From assembly GCA_039024915.1 (NCBI GenBank), contig JBCCPK010000008.1, forward strand, positions 57,587 through 121,586: a stretch of 64,000 bases of DNA, in the 5' to 3' direction. The DNA is from Pseudomonadota bacterium. Its GTDB lineage: Bacteria; Pseudomonadota; Alphaproteobacteria; Rhizobiales; MH13. Every line of letters starts with the position of its first letter. Within the stretch, counting starts at the first letter, position 1. The position numbers were made by a program, and so were the translations under genes. Shown in pieces: positions 19,962 through 29,532 of this stretch. Below the pieces are notes generated by a model. The model was not told the DNA's origin and searched no databases. It worked only from the letters and a program-made list of their open reading frames with translations.

Positions 19962-19988
19962 GGCGGGCCTGTGATCCTCGGGCCCGCC
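19962..19988 (+). terminator. GC-rich hairpin after the SBP gene (stabiliser or partial terminator)
   Basis: GGCGGGCC-N11-GGCCCGCC immediately after the SBP stop; no U-tract. Confidence 0.45.
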
Positions 19989-20026
19989 ACCTCTTCGCTT
20001 CACACACGAGCATCCGCGACAGCATC

Positions 20027-20965
20027 ATGAACATCCAGGCGGCAAATCGGCTGACCCCCTACATGTTCCTCGCCCCGGCAGCGGCGGTGATGGTCATCGC
20101 GCTTTTGTACCCGATCGGGTACATGGTCTACGCCAGCTTCCTCGATTGGAATCCGTCGCAACGGATTGGCGAAGCCGACTTCATCGGCCTTCGAAATTAC
20201 ATCAATCTGTGGAACTCAGACAGTTTCTGGGAAAGCTTCTGGGTCACGATCCGCTTCGCAGCGCTGGTCGTTTCCATAGAAATGGTCATCGGGGTCGGGC
20301 TCGCTCTGTTGCTGGACCGGAAGCTGCGCGGAATGTCCGTCCTGCGCACAATCTTCATTCTGCCCATGATGATCGCGCCGATCGTTGTCGGCCTGATGTG
20401 GCGGTACATGTACCACCCGCAGGTGGGTGTGTTTAATCGCTGGTTGTCCGATCTTGGGCTGCCGACCATCCCCTTCCTGTCGGATTCCACCTGGGCATTC
20501 ACCTCCGTTGTCATCGCGGACATCTGGCAGTGGACGCCCTTCATCTTCATCCTCGCGCTGGCGGCACTGCAATCGCTGCCATCATCGGCGTTGGAGGCGG
20601 CCCGGGTTGATGGTGCCACCGGCTGGCAGCAGATCATTCATATCAAACTGCCGCTGATGATGCCGGTGCTGATCGTCACCTGTCTGCTGCGCCTGATTGA
20701 TGCATTTAAGGTGCTGGAGGTGATCCTGGTGATGACCAATGGCGGACCGGGGCTATCGACGGAAATTCTGGCCCTTCGAATATCGCGAACGGCGTCCGAG
20801 TTCAGGCAGCTCGGTGAAGCGGCGGCGATGTCGAACTACCTGCTGATGCTCCTGATGATCATCACGGCCATCATGTTCATCTACACCAAGCTCAATGACG
20901 CCCGCGTCGCGCGGATCAAGGCTGCCGGAGCCAAGGCGGCACAAGCCGAAGAGGAGGCGGTCTGA
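20027..20965 (+). CDS. Carbohydrate ABC permease
   Basis: Six TM pattern; EAARVDGA (EAA motif). Confidence 0.95.
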   Translation: MNIQAANRLTPYMFLAPAAAVMVIALLYPIGYMVYASFLDWNPSQRIGEADFIGLRNYINLWNSDSFWESFWVTIRFAALVVSIEMVIGVGLALLLDRKLRGMSVLRTIFILPMMIAPIVVGLMWRYMYHPQVGVFNRWLSDLGLPTIPFLSDSTWAFTSVVIADIWQWTPFIFILALAALQSLPSSALEAARVDGATGWQQIIHIKLPLMMPVLIVTCLLRLIDAFKVLEVILVMTNGGPGLSTEILALRISRTASEFRQLGEAAAMSNYLLMLLMIITAIMFIYTKLNDARVARIKAAGAKAAQAEEEAV

Positions 20966-21837
20966 TGGCGGTGCGCGACGACGACAAGGCCCATCCCGGC
21001 TTCTATGTTCTTCTGATTTGCCTGGTCTTCATGTCGGCGGGCCCGATCGCGTTGATGCTGATGAACTCGTTCAAACTGAACGTCGACATCACGTCACCGA
21101 CAGCCAGCCTGTTCTTCATGCCAACGCTGCAGAACTATGAGACGGCACTGTGCGAGTTTCTGCCTTACGAACCCGAGCATTTGCGGCGGTGCGACCCGAC
21201 ATTTGGGCGTGCGCTCGTCAACTCGCTGATCATTTCGCTGGTTTCAACCGGCTTGACGCTCATCCTCGGCTGCATGGCCGCCTATGCGATCGTCCGCTTC
21301 CGCTTCATGGGGCGGGACAGCGCGAGCCTGACCACCTTGATCATGCGCATGGTACCGCCTGCGGTTCTGCTTGTCCCTGTGTTCGGCATCTGGAACGAGC
21401 AGTTCGGCCTTGGCGGAACCCGATCGGGGATCATTCTCGTTTATGTGGCGATGAATTTGCCGTTCGTCATCTGGATCTTGCAAAGCTTCATCGTGCAGGT
21501 GCCGATCCAGCTCGAAGAAGCCGCCCGCATCGATGGCGCAGGGCCGTTCCGGGTGTTTTTCCTTGTTGTTCTGCCGTTGATCCAGCCCGGTCTGGCAGCA
21601 GCTGCGATTTTCACCTTCCGGGTCGCGTGGAACGAATTCCTGCTCGCCAACGCGCTGTCCGACCGCAACTCCCGGACGGTTCCGGTGACGATTGTGAACT
21701 CGATAACGGAGTTCAACATCGACTGGGGGGTCATCATGGCGACGGGTATGCTGCTTGCCATCCCGCCGATCCTCTTCACATTTTTCGCGTCTCGTCAGAT
21801 CATAACCGGGATGACGGCTGGGGCTGTGAAGGGATAA
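20965..21837 (+). CDS. Carbohydrate ABC permease
   Basis: EEAARIDGA, AWNEFLLA; start overlaps the upstream stop. Confidence 0.95.
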   Translation: MAVRDDDKAHPGFYVLLICLVFMSAGPIALMLMNSFKLNVDITSPTASLFFMPTLQNYETALCEFLPYEPEHLRRCDPTFGRALVNSLIISLVSTGLTLILGCMAAYAIVRFRFMGRDSASLTTLIMRMVPPAVLLVPVFGIWNEQFGLGGTRSGIILVYVAMNLPFVIWILQSFIVQVPIQLEEAARIDGAGPFRVFFLVVLPLIQPGLAAAAIFTFRVAWNEFLLANALSDRNSRTVPVTIVNSITEFNIDWGVIMATGMLLAIPPILFTFFASRQIITGMTAGAVKG

Positions 21838-21845
21838 GCGAACCG

Positions 21846-23027
21846 ATGGGCTGCTCAGTCCTTCTGCTTGCAACGATGGAGACCAAGCACGAGGCGATTG
21901 CCTATTTCACCGAGGCAATCGCCCGGCATGACGTGCACTGTCATGTGCTCGATTTGTCGTTGAACGCGCATGGCGAAATCTGGTCGGGGGACCGGAAGCT
22001 CGAAGGCATGGCCCAGGTCGCTCGTGACGCGTCGCTCCTGGCTCGAGAAGCCATCGATTCCGGCGCTGCCGCTGCGGTTTCAATCGGCGGGGGAACGGGC
22101 GGTGAGATCGCGCTTGAGGTGATGCGCTCCATGCCCTTCGCCTTCCCGAAGATGCTGGTGACGACCTTGCCGTTCGACCCGCGTTATGCGTTAGCGGACA
22201 ATGCGATTACCGTCGTCCCAACGCTTGCCGACGTATGCGGGCTGAACCAGGCACTTCGGCAGGTGTTGCAGAACGCGGCGGCCATGCTTGCGGGCCTGTG
22301 CAACAGCGCCACACGCCTTCCGCATGTATCCGACGAGCCATCGGTGGGGATTACAGCCTTGGGGGCAACGGGCGGCTGCGCCGACGCGTTGGTCGCCGCA
22401 CTCAACAAGCAGGGCGAAGAAACCACCGTCTTTCATGCCAATGGCTTCGGCGGCGCTGCTTATGCGCGCTTCGCGCGATGCGGCACGTTCCACACGGTTG
22501 TGGATATGACCGTTCACGAGCTCACACGCCTGCACATCGCAGGCGCCAATGTTGAGATGCCCGACAGATTTACCGCGGCCCGCGACAGCCAGGTGCCGCA
22601 GATCGTGCTGCCCGGTGGGTTGAACTTCATCGGACTGGGCGAGTTGGCGCTCATTCCCGAACACTATCGGGCGCGTCCCCATTACGCACATTCCGGCCTT
22701 TTTACGCATGTTGAGGTCACAGAGGACGAGATGGTGCGGGTCACCGCGAAGCTCGCAGAGGCCCTGAACCCTTCAACTGCGCCGGTTACGGTTCTTGTGC
22801 CCATGGGCGGTTTTTCGCATCAGGACCGACCGGGCGGCGCTATCGAAGCGCCACACCTGCGCGAATTGTGCTTGCGTGTCCTTCAAGACAGTTTGCGCCG
22901 GGGTATCACGCTTAAGACGGTTGATCATCACATCAACGACAAGGGCACGACCGCGGCGATCATGGATGCGCTGCATCCCCATATCACCGCCCGAAACGGA
23001 GAACTTCATGTCTCGGCAAGCGCCTGA
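21846..23027 (+). CDS. Tm-1-like ATP-binding domain protein (UPF0261)
   Basis: LLLATMETK, SIGGGTG, RSMPFAFPKMLVTT, VFHANGFGG, VLPGGLNFI; start at MGCSVLL. Confidence 0.85.
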   Translation: MGCSVLLLATMETKHEAIAYFTEAIARHDVHCHVLDLSLNAHGEIWSGDRKLEGMAQVARDASLLAREAIDSGAAAAVSIGGGTGGEIALEVMRSMPFAFPKMLVTTLPFDPRYALADNAITVVPTLADVCGLNQALRQVLQNAAAMLAGLCNSATRLPHVSDEPSVGITALGATGGCADALVAALNKQGEETTVFHANGFGGAAYARFARCGTFHTVVDMTVHELTRLHIAGANVEMPDRFTAARDSQVPQIVLPGGLNFIGLGELALIPEHYRARPHYAHSGLFTHVEVTEDEMVRVTAKLAEALNPSTAPVTVLVPMGGFSHQDRPGGAIEAPHLRELCLRVLQDSLRRGITLKTVDHHINDKGTTAAIMDALHPHITARNGELHVSASA

Positions 23028-23682
23028 TCCTGCAGAACTGGAAGCCAAGAAGGACGCGCTGATTGCAACCGCGCGGCGCTGCTTCGAACGCGGCCTGCAG
23101 ACCAACGCTGGAGGCAATCTCTCGGTTCGGCTTGCGTCGACTGATGCGATTGTCATCAAGCCCTCGGGCGTCGGATTTGCCGAATGTTCGCGGGACAATC
23201 TGCAAGTTGCGTACCTCGATGGGCACATCGAGCCATCGCCGTTCAAACCCTCCAAAGATCTCGACTTTCATGCCGATCTTTACCGCATTCGGCCCGATAT
23301 CAACGCGATTGTGCATTGCCATTCGCCTTGGGCGACCGGCTACGCATCAGCGGGCATCGAAATCCCCTGCCTAACGGTTCAAACAATCGAGAAGATCGGG
23401 CGGATGCCGTTGATCCCATTGTCGGAAAACGGCGGACCGCAAACCGATGTGGAGATTTCGCCGGTGTTTCGTGATCCGTCCGTGCGAGCGGCTGTGCTTG
23501 CCAACCACGGCACGATTGGCGTGGGCAAGACGCTGATGGCCGCGCAATATCTGGCGGAGATCATCGAGGAGACCGCGCACATCGCCTTCGTTCGGGACAC
23601 ATTGTTGGCCGCACATGGCAAAAGCACCGCCGATCTGCCCGTTTACGGCACCGCGGCCGATGCGCGCTCGGCTGCGGAGTAG
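23008..23682 (+). CDS. Class II aldolase / L-ribulose-5-P 4-epimerase-like protein
   Basis: GGNLSVR, IKPSG, KPSKD..FHADLY, IVHCHSPWAT, LANHG; start MSRQAP with upstream GGAGA. Confidence 0.9.
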   Translation: MSRQAPDPAELEAKKDALIATARRCFERGLQTNAGGNLSVRLASTDAIVIKPSGVGFAECSRDNLQVAYLDGHIEPSPFKPSKDLDFHADLYRIRPDINAIVHCHSPWATGYASAGIEIPCLTVQTIEKIGRMPLIPLSENGGPQTDVEISPVFRDPSVRAAVLANHGTIGVGKTLMAAQYLAEIIEETAHIAFVRDTLLAAHGKSTADLPVYGTAADARSAAE

Positions 23683-23866
23683 CTCGGTAAAGCCCCAAAT
23701 ACCGGTGCCGTTACACAGACGGACAATGCAAACGAACACCAGCATCTCGGTAAACCGCATGCACACATTGCCGAACAACGTCCACAAGCAAACGGTCCCT
23801 CGCCCCTCGCACATTTGTTCGGTTTCGCTCTAGTTTCACGCTTGCGATTTACTGAGGATCCCAAAA

Positions 23867-25057
23867 GTGCTTCGGGCTATCTTTCTTGCGCTGATTGTGG
23901 GTTTTGCAACCTTGCCAGCTCGGGCCGATGTCGGGGAAACGGTTCGCGATCTGGCGCCAAATGGGCTGGTCCATGTTGTCAGCGAAAGCGGCGCGGTTCT
24001 GGTCTCTCATAACAGCAATCAACCCTTCGTACCGGCATCGGTCGCCAAGATCGTAACGGCTTGGCTGGCGATGGAGGTTTTAGGAGGCGACTACCGCTTT
24101 GAGACCCGCTTCTATGTTGATGCCAACCGCGTTTTGTACGTCCGCGGCGGTGGTGATCCGTTTCTTGTATCCGAAGAGCTCGCAGTGCTGGGGCGAGGGC
24201 TGGTGAATGCGGCGGGCGCGGAGCCTTTCAGCGCCATGGTGCTCGATACGAGCCTGTATCCCGAAAGTCTCTCGATCCCCGGTGTGACGAGCGACAGCGA
24301 AGCCTATAACGCTCTGAACTCCGCGCTTGCGGTCAACTTCAACACAATCCACGCGGTCCGAAACGGCGACGAGGTGCGCTCCGCAGAACGTCAGACGCCG
24401 ATCACGCCAATCGCCATACGCCAGTTCCGTCAGCGGGCAGCTCAGGGGCAGTCGCGCATCAGCCTGGCGCAGCAAGACCCGTCCTTGAGCGCTCTATACG
24501 CAGGTGAACTCATTGCAGCATTCATCAGACAAGCAGGCGGCGATGTGCAGGGTGCCATTACGATCGGTCCGGTAAGCGGCGGTTTGGTACCGGTTTACAC
24601 GCACCGCCAGTCCCGCTCGCTGTCGGACATTGTCCGCAGCATGCTGCTGTATTCAAACAATTACATCGCCAACCAGATCTTTCTGCAGGTGGGAGCGCAC
24701 ACAACTGGCGGGCCCGTGAGCCTTCAGAGCTCGCAGGCTGCGCTGAGCGCACTGCTGAACGCGCGTGGGCTGAGCGGCACGGCCACAATGGTCGAGGGTT
24801 CTGGACTAAGCCGACAGAACCGGATCACAGCACAAGGACTTGCGGGTCTGCTCGTTTCGTTTGCGCCCTATGCGGGGCTCATGGAGACCTCCGGCGGGGG
24901 CTCGCGCTACAAGACTGGCACGCTCGACGATGTCAGCACGCTGGCGGGGTATGCCCAGACCCGCACACACGGGATGGTGCGGTTCGTCATCGCGCTTCCC
25001 GGTGGCACTGGACGGTTGAGGTTTCGCATCCTCGAAGCGATCGAAGGACAGTTATGA
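23867..25057 (+). CDS. dacB: D-Ala-D-Ala carboxypeptidase/endopeptidase (peptidase S13, PBP4-like)
   Basis: PASVAK (SxxK), GGGDPFL, SNN, GSGLSRQN, KTGTL. Confidence 0.9.
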   Translation: MLRAIFLALIVGFATLPARADVGETVRDLAPNGLVHVVSESGAVLVSHNSNQPFVPASVAKIVTAWLAMEVLGGDYRFETRFYVDANRVLYVRGGGDPFLVSEELAVLGRGLVNAAGAEPFSAMVLDTSLYPESLSIPGVTSDSEAYNALNSALAVNFNTIHAVRNGDEVRSAERQTPITPIAIRQFRQRAAQGQSRISLAQQDPSLSALYAGELIAAFIRQAGGDVQGAITIGPVSGGLVPVYTHRQSRSLSDIVRSMLLYSNNYIANQIFLQVGAHTTGGPVSLQSSQAALSALLNARGLSGTATMVEGSGLSRQNRITAQGLAGLLVSFAPYAGLMETSGGGSRYKTGTLDDVSTLAGYAQTRTHGMVRFVIALPGGTGRLRFRILEAIEGQL

Positions 25058-25114
25058 TACGGTACGTCAGAGCCTGCGCTCGGGCGCCTTTTGGCGATGG
25101 GTTTGCGGGCGCGG

Positions 25115-26533
25115 CTACATGGCATCCGGCTGGTGTTTTGCCCCGCTGAGAAGCGCGGCAATTGCCGCCGACGCAATGCGGGTTTGGCTATCATCAGAGC
25201 GGCTCGTCAGAATGATCGGCACCTGCGCGCCCAAAACGATGCCTGCCGCTTCCGCGCCTGCCAAGTGCATCAGCTCCTTGGCCAGCATATTCCCAGCCTC
25301 GACGTTCGGGACGACCAAAATGTCAGCTTGCCCGGCGACGGGTGACGCTATGCCTTTACTGGCCACCGCCTTCATGGACACAGCATTATCCAAAGCCAGT
25401 GGCCCATCGAGAACACCGCCTGTAATTTGACCACGATCGGCCATCTTGCACAGCGCTGCGGCCTCAACCGTCGACGGCATGCGGGTTGTGACCGTCTCCA
25501 CAGCTGACAGTAGCGCAACTTTCGGCGCTTCGATCCCGAGCGCGATGCCCAGATCGATAGCGTTCTGGACGATATCGACCTTTGTTTTGAGATCGGGGGA
25601 AATGTTGATCGCCGCGTCGGTAATGATCAGCGGTTTGGCGTAAGCCGGCACGTCCATCACATAGACATGGCTCATGCGGCGGCCCGAACGCAGGCCGGTT
25701 GCAGGATCGACCACCGCCTCCATGATTTCGTCGGTGTGGAGCGCACCCTTCATGAGGGCGTGCGCTTTCCCCTCACGCACGATGCTGACGCCGATCTTTG
25801 CCGAGGCATGGCTGTGCGGCGTATCGATCAACGCCAAGCCGTCAAGCGAGACGTCGAGTTCTTCGGCGACGCTTGCAATACGAGCGCGCGGGCCAATGAG
25901 AATGGGGTCGATCAAATTCAAGTCGCGCGCTTCCAAAGCACCTTCGAGCGCTGTGGCGTCACAGGGGTGAACGATCGCCGTGGGTAGAGGCGGAATACTC
26001 TTTGCCTTGGATAGCAGGTCTTCAAGCACCGCCCCATGGCGGCGCAGCAGGAGCTCCGGCATGACAACACGCGGGCGACGGATCTTCTTGGCAGGCGCAA
26101 GCACGGTGGCCTGGCCGGTAATCACAGTTTTGCCCGCGTCGTTCACGCACGTGCAATCGAGCACAACACGCTGCTTTTCGCTGTTCTTTTCGGCAACCGT
26201 GACCCGGACCGTCACGGTATCGCCAATACCGACAGGCTTGAGGAACTTGAGCGTCTGATCCAGATAGATCGTTCCAGGCCCGGGCAGTTGCATGCCAAGG
26301 ACATTTGAGATCAGCGCTCCGCCCCACATGCCATGTGCGATCACCTTGTGAAAGATGCTCTCCTCGGCGAATTCGGGGTCAACATGGGCGGGATTGATAT
26401 CGCCCGACACAGTTGCAAAGGCGTCGATGTCTTTGGCGGTCAGCGTGCGAACCAGCTCCGCACTGTCACCGATCTCTATTTCATCGATCGTGCGGTTCTC
26501 GATGTAACCGATTGAGGTGTCATGCTCAGACAA
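25115..26533 (-). CDS. Bifunctional MaoC-type enoyl-CoA hydratase / phosphate acetyl(butyryl)transferase
   Basis: SGDINPAHVD..IAHGMW (MaoC); MKGALHT, DAAINI, DGPLALDNA, GNMLAK, LTSRSD (PTA/PTB); TTG start. Confidence 0.92.
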   Translation of the reverse strand: MSEHDTSIGYIENRTIDEIEIGDSAELVRTLTAKDIDAFATVSGDINPAHVDPEFAEESIFHKVIAHGMWGGALISNVLGMQLPGPGTIYLDQTLKFLKPVGIGDTVTVRVTVAEKNSEKQRVVLDCTCVNDAGKTVITGQATVLAPAKKIRRPRVVMPELLLRRHGAVLEDLLSKAKSIPPLPTAIVHPCDATALEGALEARDLNLIDPILIGPRARIASVAEELDVSLDGLALIDTPHSHASAKIGVSIVREGKAHALMKGALHTDEIMEAVVDPATGLRSGRRMSHVYVMDVPAYAKPLIITDAAINISPDLKTKVDIVQNAIDLGIALGIEAPKVALLSAVETVTTRMPSTVEAAALCKMADRGQITGGVLDGPLALDNAVSMKAVASKGIASPVAGQADILVVPNVEAGNMLAKELMHLAGAEAAGIVLGAQVPIILTSRSDDSQTRIASAAIAALLSGAKHQPDAM

Positions 26534-27314
26534 TGTGATGGCCCCCGTCGATGTAAGCGGTGTTCCCGCTCACGGAGCGGGCAAAGTCGGCGACAAGGCA
26601 GCTGGCCATGGCACCGACCTCTTCAACGGTTGTGATCCTGTGAAGCGGTGCCCGGGCCTTGGCGTCTTCGATGAGTTCGTCAAAATGATCGATCCCCGAA
26701 GCGGCACGGGTCGCGAGCGGCCCGGGGGAGATCGAGTTGACGCGGATGTTCCGGTCGCCAAGCTCAACGGACAGATAGCGGACGGTCGATTCCAACGCCG
26801 CCTTCACCGGCCCCATGATATTGTAATGGTCGACGACCTTTTCCGCGCCATGATAGCTCATGGTCAGAATTGTGCCGCCGTCGGTCATGAGCGGTTCCGC
26901 CGCTTTGGCCAGCCGAATGAGAGAATGCACCGAGATATCCATGGCCAGCGCAAAGCCCTCTTTCGAGCAATCCGTCACGCGCCCGTGCAAATCGTCTTTG
27001 GGACAGAAAGCAATCGAATGCAGCAGGAAGTCGAGCCGGCCCCACTGCTCTCCAATCGCCCTGAATACATTATCCATCTGCTCGGGTTGGGTTACATCCA
27101 GCGGTAGAAACAAAGGCGCCTCAATGTCGGCGGCAACCGGCTCGACAAAACGCCTCGCTTTTTCGTTTTGATAGGTCAGCGCGACTTCTGCACCGCCAGC
27201 ATGGAAAGCCCGGGCACAGCCCGCGGCGATGGAGTGTTCATTGGCCACCCCGACCACGAGGCCCCTCTTTCCTTCTAGAAAATTCGATACCAGTCCCGCT
27301 GAAAGCTGTCCCAT
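26526..27314 (-). CDS. fabI: Enoyl-ACP reductase FabI-like
   Basis: GVANEHSIA, HSIAF, YNIMGPVKAALE, ISPGPLAT. Confidence 0.92.
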   Translation of the reverse strand: MGQLSAGLVSNFLEGKRGLVVGVANEHSIAAGCARAFHAGGAEVALTYQNEKARRFVEPVAADIEAPLFLPLDVTQPEQMDNVFRAIGEQWGRLDFLLHSIAFCPKDDLHGRVTDCSKEGFALAMDISVHSLIRLAKAAEPLMTDGGTILTMSYHGAEKVVDHYNIMGPVKAALESTVRYLSVELGDRNIRVNSISPGPLATRAASGIDHFDELIEDAKARAPLHRITTVEEVGAMASCLVADFARSVSGNTAYIDGGHHIV

Positions 27315-27317
27315 CAG

Positions 27318-29060
27318 TCACTCCATCAAAACATAGGTTCCAGGCGCGTCGCACAGACCCTTTGGCAGATCGGGCGGCGCTGTTTTACCGGTTGAGTTTT
27401 TGGCAAGCCATGTTGTCCAAGCCGGCCACCAACTCCCTTCGGACGCCGCGGCTCTGATGAGCCAATCCTCGCTGGACAGTCCGCGATCCTTCTCGCGGAC
27501 GGTGTGCATTCGGTAGTGTCGGCGGCGGTGGCCCGGTTCGGAAATAACCCCGGCATTGTGCCCGCCATTGGTCAACACGAAGGTGATATCTGAGTGGGCC
27601 AGGTTGTGAATTTTAAAGACCGAAGTCCACGGGGCGATGTGATCGGTTTCCGTCCCCACCCCGAAAATCGGTACCCGAATATCGCGCAGCGAAACGGCGT
27701 GGCCATCCACCTTGTACCGACCGGCAGCCAGATCGTTGTTGAGAAACAGCTGACGCAAATACTGGGCGTGCATTTTTGCCGGCATCCGCGTGCCGTCGGC
27801 GTTCCACTGCATCAAATCGTTCATGGGGCGCGGGTCCTCGCCCAAAAGATACGCGCGGATCAGCTTCGACCAGATCAGATCGTTGGAACGAAGAAACTGA
27901 AACGCTCCCATCATCTGTTGGGAATCGAGGTAGCCTTGTGCCGCCATTTTGTCTTCGAGGAAGGAAACCTGGCTTTCGTTGATAAAGAGCATCAACTCGC
28001 CGGCCTCGCTGAAGTCCGTCTGGGCCGCGAGCAGCGTCATGCTGGCCAGCCGGTCATCTCCATCGCGCGCCATCTTTGCGGCGGCGATTGCCAGCAACGT
28101 CCCGCCCAGGCAGTAGCCGACGGTATGGACTTTTGAGACACCCAATGCCTGCTCGATATAGTCGAGGGCCGCTATCGGGCCGGAGGACAGGTATTCGGCC
28201 ATCCCAAGATCAGCGTCTGCGGCGCCTGGGTTGCGCCATGAGATCATAAAGACCGTGAAGCCTTGCTTCGTCAGAAACTGCACCAGCGAGTTCTCGGCGC
28301 TGAGATCAAGAATGTAATATTTCATGATCCAGGCTGGCGTGATCAGGACCGGCTGCGCGTGGACGCTTTTGGAGGCAGCCTCATACTGGATCAGCTCGAT
28401 GAGGTGATTGCGGTAGACGACTTTACCGGGTGTCGCCGCGATGTCTTGGCCCAGTTTCTTGGGTGGCGCGGCCCCCCGCTCCTGCGCCGGCTCTCGGACA
28501 TCCTTGGCGAAGGCCTCGACGCCCCGCAAAAGGTTCATCCCGTATTCGTCGACCGTTCGCTCAATGACTTCGGGGCTGCTGGCAAGAAAGTTGGACGGCG
28601 AAAACGCATCCATGATTTGTCGCGCAAGAAATGTCATCGCCCGATCATGGTCAGCGCTCAATCCTGGAACATCGGACGTCGCATGATCGGCGAAATCTTC
28701 GGCAAGGAGAAAAGCTTGAGACAGCGCCGCATAGGCCGGTTGTTGCCAGCCGGGGTGATTGAAGCGCCGATCACCCCGTTGCGGTTGAATGGCTTGTTGG
28801 TCGGTTGCCGCTGGGCAGCCCTTCGCGACAAAGGACCACCAAGACGACCAGTTGCGCATACCTTTCTCGAACAGTGACACCTGCTTGTCCGGAGAGCACG
28901 CAAGATGCATCGCCCAGTCTGCTATCATGGATACCGTCGATATCGGCGACGTTCCTGCGGTTGACGATGCCCACATCTGGCGCAGAGGGCGGTCATTACG
29001 TTGCGCTTGGGGGGAGAGCATTTGTTTGGAGACGCTGCTGTGATCGACACGAACATTCAT
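27318..29060 (-). CDS. phaC: Class I PHA synthase
   Basis: PSNFL, TPGKVVYRN, PAWIMKYYILDL, GYCLGG lipase box, QWNADGTRMP, DHIAPW, GGHNAG. Confidence 0.95.
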   Translation of the reverse strand: MNVRVDHSSVSKQMLSPQAQRNDRPLRQMWASSTAGTSPISTVSMIADWAMHLACSPDKQVSLFEKGMRNWSSWWSFVAKGCPAATDQQAIQPQRGDRRFNHPGWQQPAYAALSQAFLLAEDFADHATSDVPGLSADHDRAMTFLARQIMDAFSPSNFLASSPEVIERTVDEYGMNLLRGVEAFAKDVREPAQERGAAPPKKLGQDIAATPGKVVYRNHLIELIQYEAASKSVHAQPVLITPAWIMKYYILDLSAENSLVQFLTKQGFTVFMISWRNPGAADADLGMAEYLSSGPIAALDYIEQALGVSKVHTVGYCLGGTLLAIAAAKMARDGDDRLASMTLLAAQTDFSEAGELMLFINESQVSFLEDKMAAQGYLDSQQMMGAFQFLRSNDLIWSKLIRAYLLGEDPRPMNDLMQWNADGTRMPAKMHAQYLRQLFLNNDLAAGRYKVDGHAVSLRDIRVPIFGVGTETDHIAPWTSVFKIHNLAHSDITFVLTNGGHNAGVISEPGHRRRHYRMHTVREKDRGLSSEDWLIRAAASEGSWWPAWTTWLAKNSTGKTAPPDLPKGLCDAPGTYVLME

Positions 29061-29532
29061 CGGGAAGCCTTTCGAATTGGCATGCGATGATCAGACGAGG
29101 TGATTGGAGCCGGCGAACGCGGCCCGAAGATGTGAATTCGGCGCAGACAAATCGTTTACGTCAGGAACACTGACGCGATCTTGGGAAGTCGTTTCGCAAT
29201 GCAAAATCCGCATTTTCACGTGAATTGAGGGGTTTAGCTGTCCATATTTGCGCCGTCATCTGCACAGTTTTGCATCGCAGCAAGACAAAGTGATGACGAT
29301 TCGAGCACTCATCGTTGGACGTCCAATAATTGAACACCGGCCATGTCATGGAACACCTATCCGTAATTTAGCTTACGCAAGAACCCGGTCTCATACCGGT
29401 TTCGCTTGAAGCGTTTGACGAAATGTACGTATATTAGTGTCCACTAATCATGACGGTTCGAACGCGTTCGTCGGCCTTGCCATGTAACGGGCCGGGGGGT
29501 GTTCACACAGGCTTTGCGGGAGCTAGGGAGGC

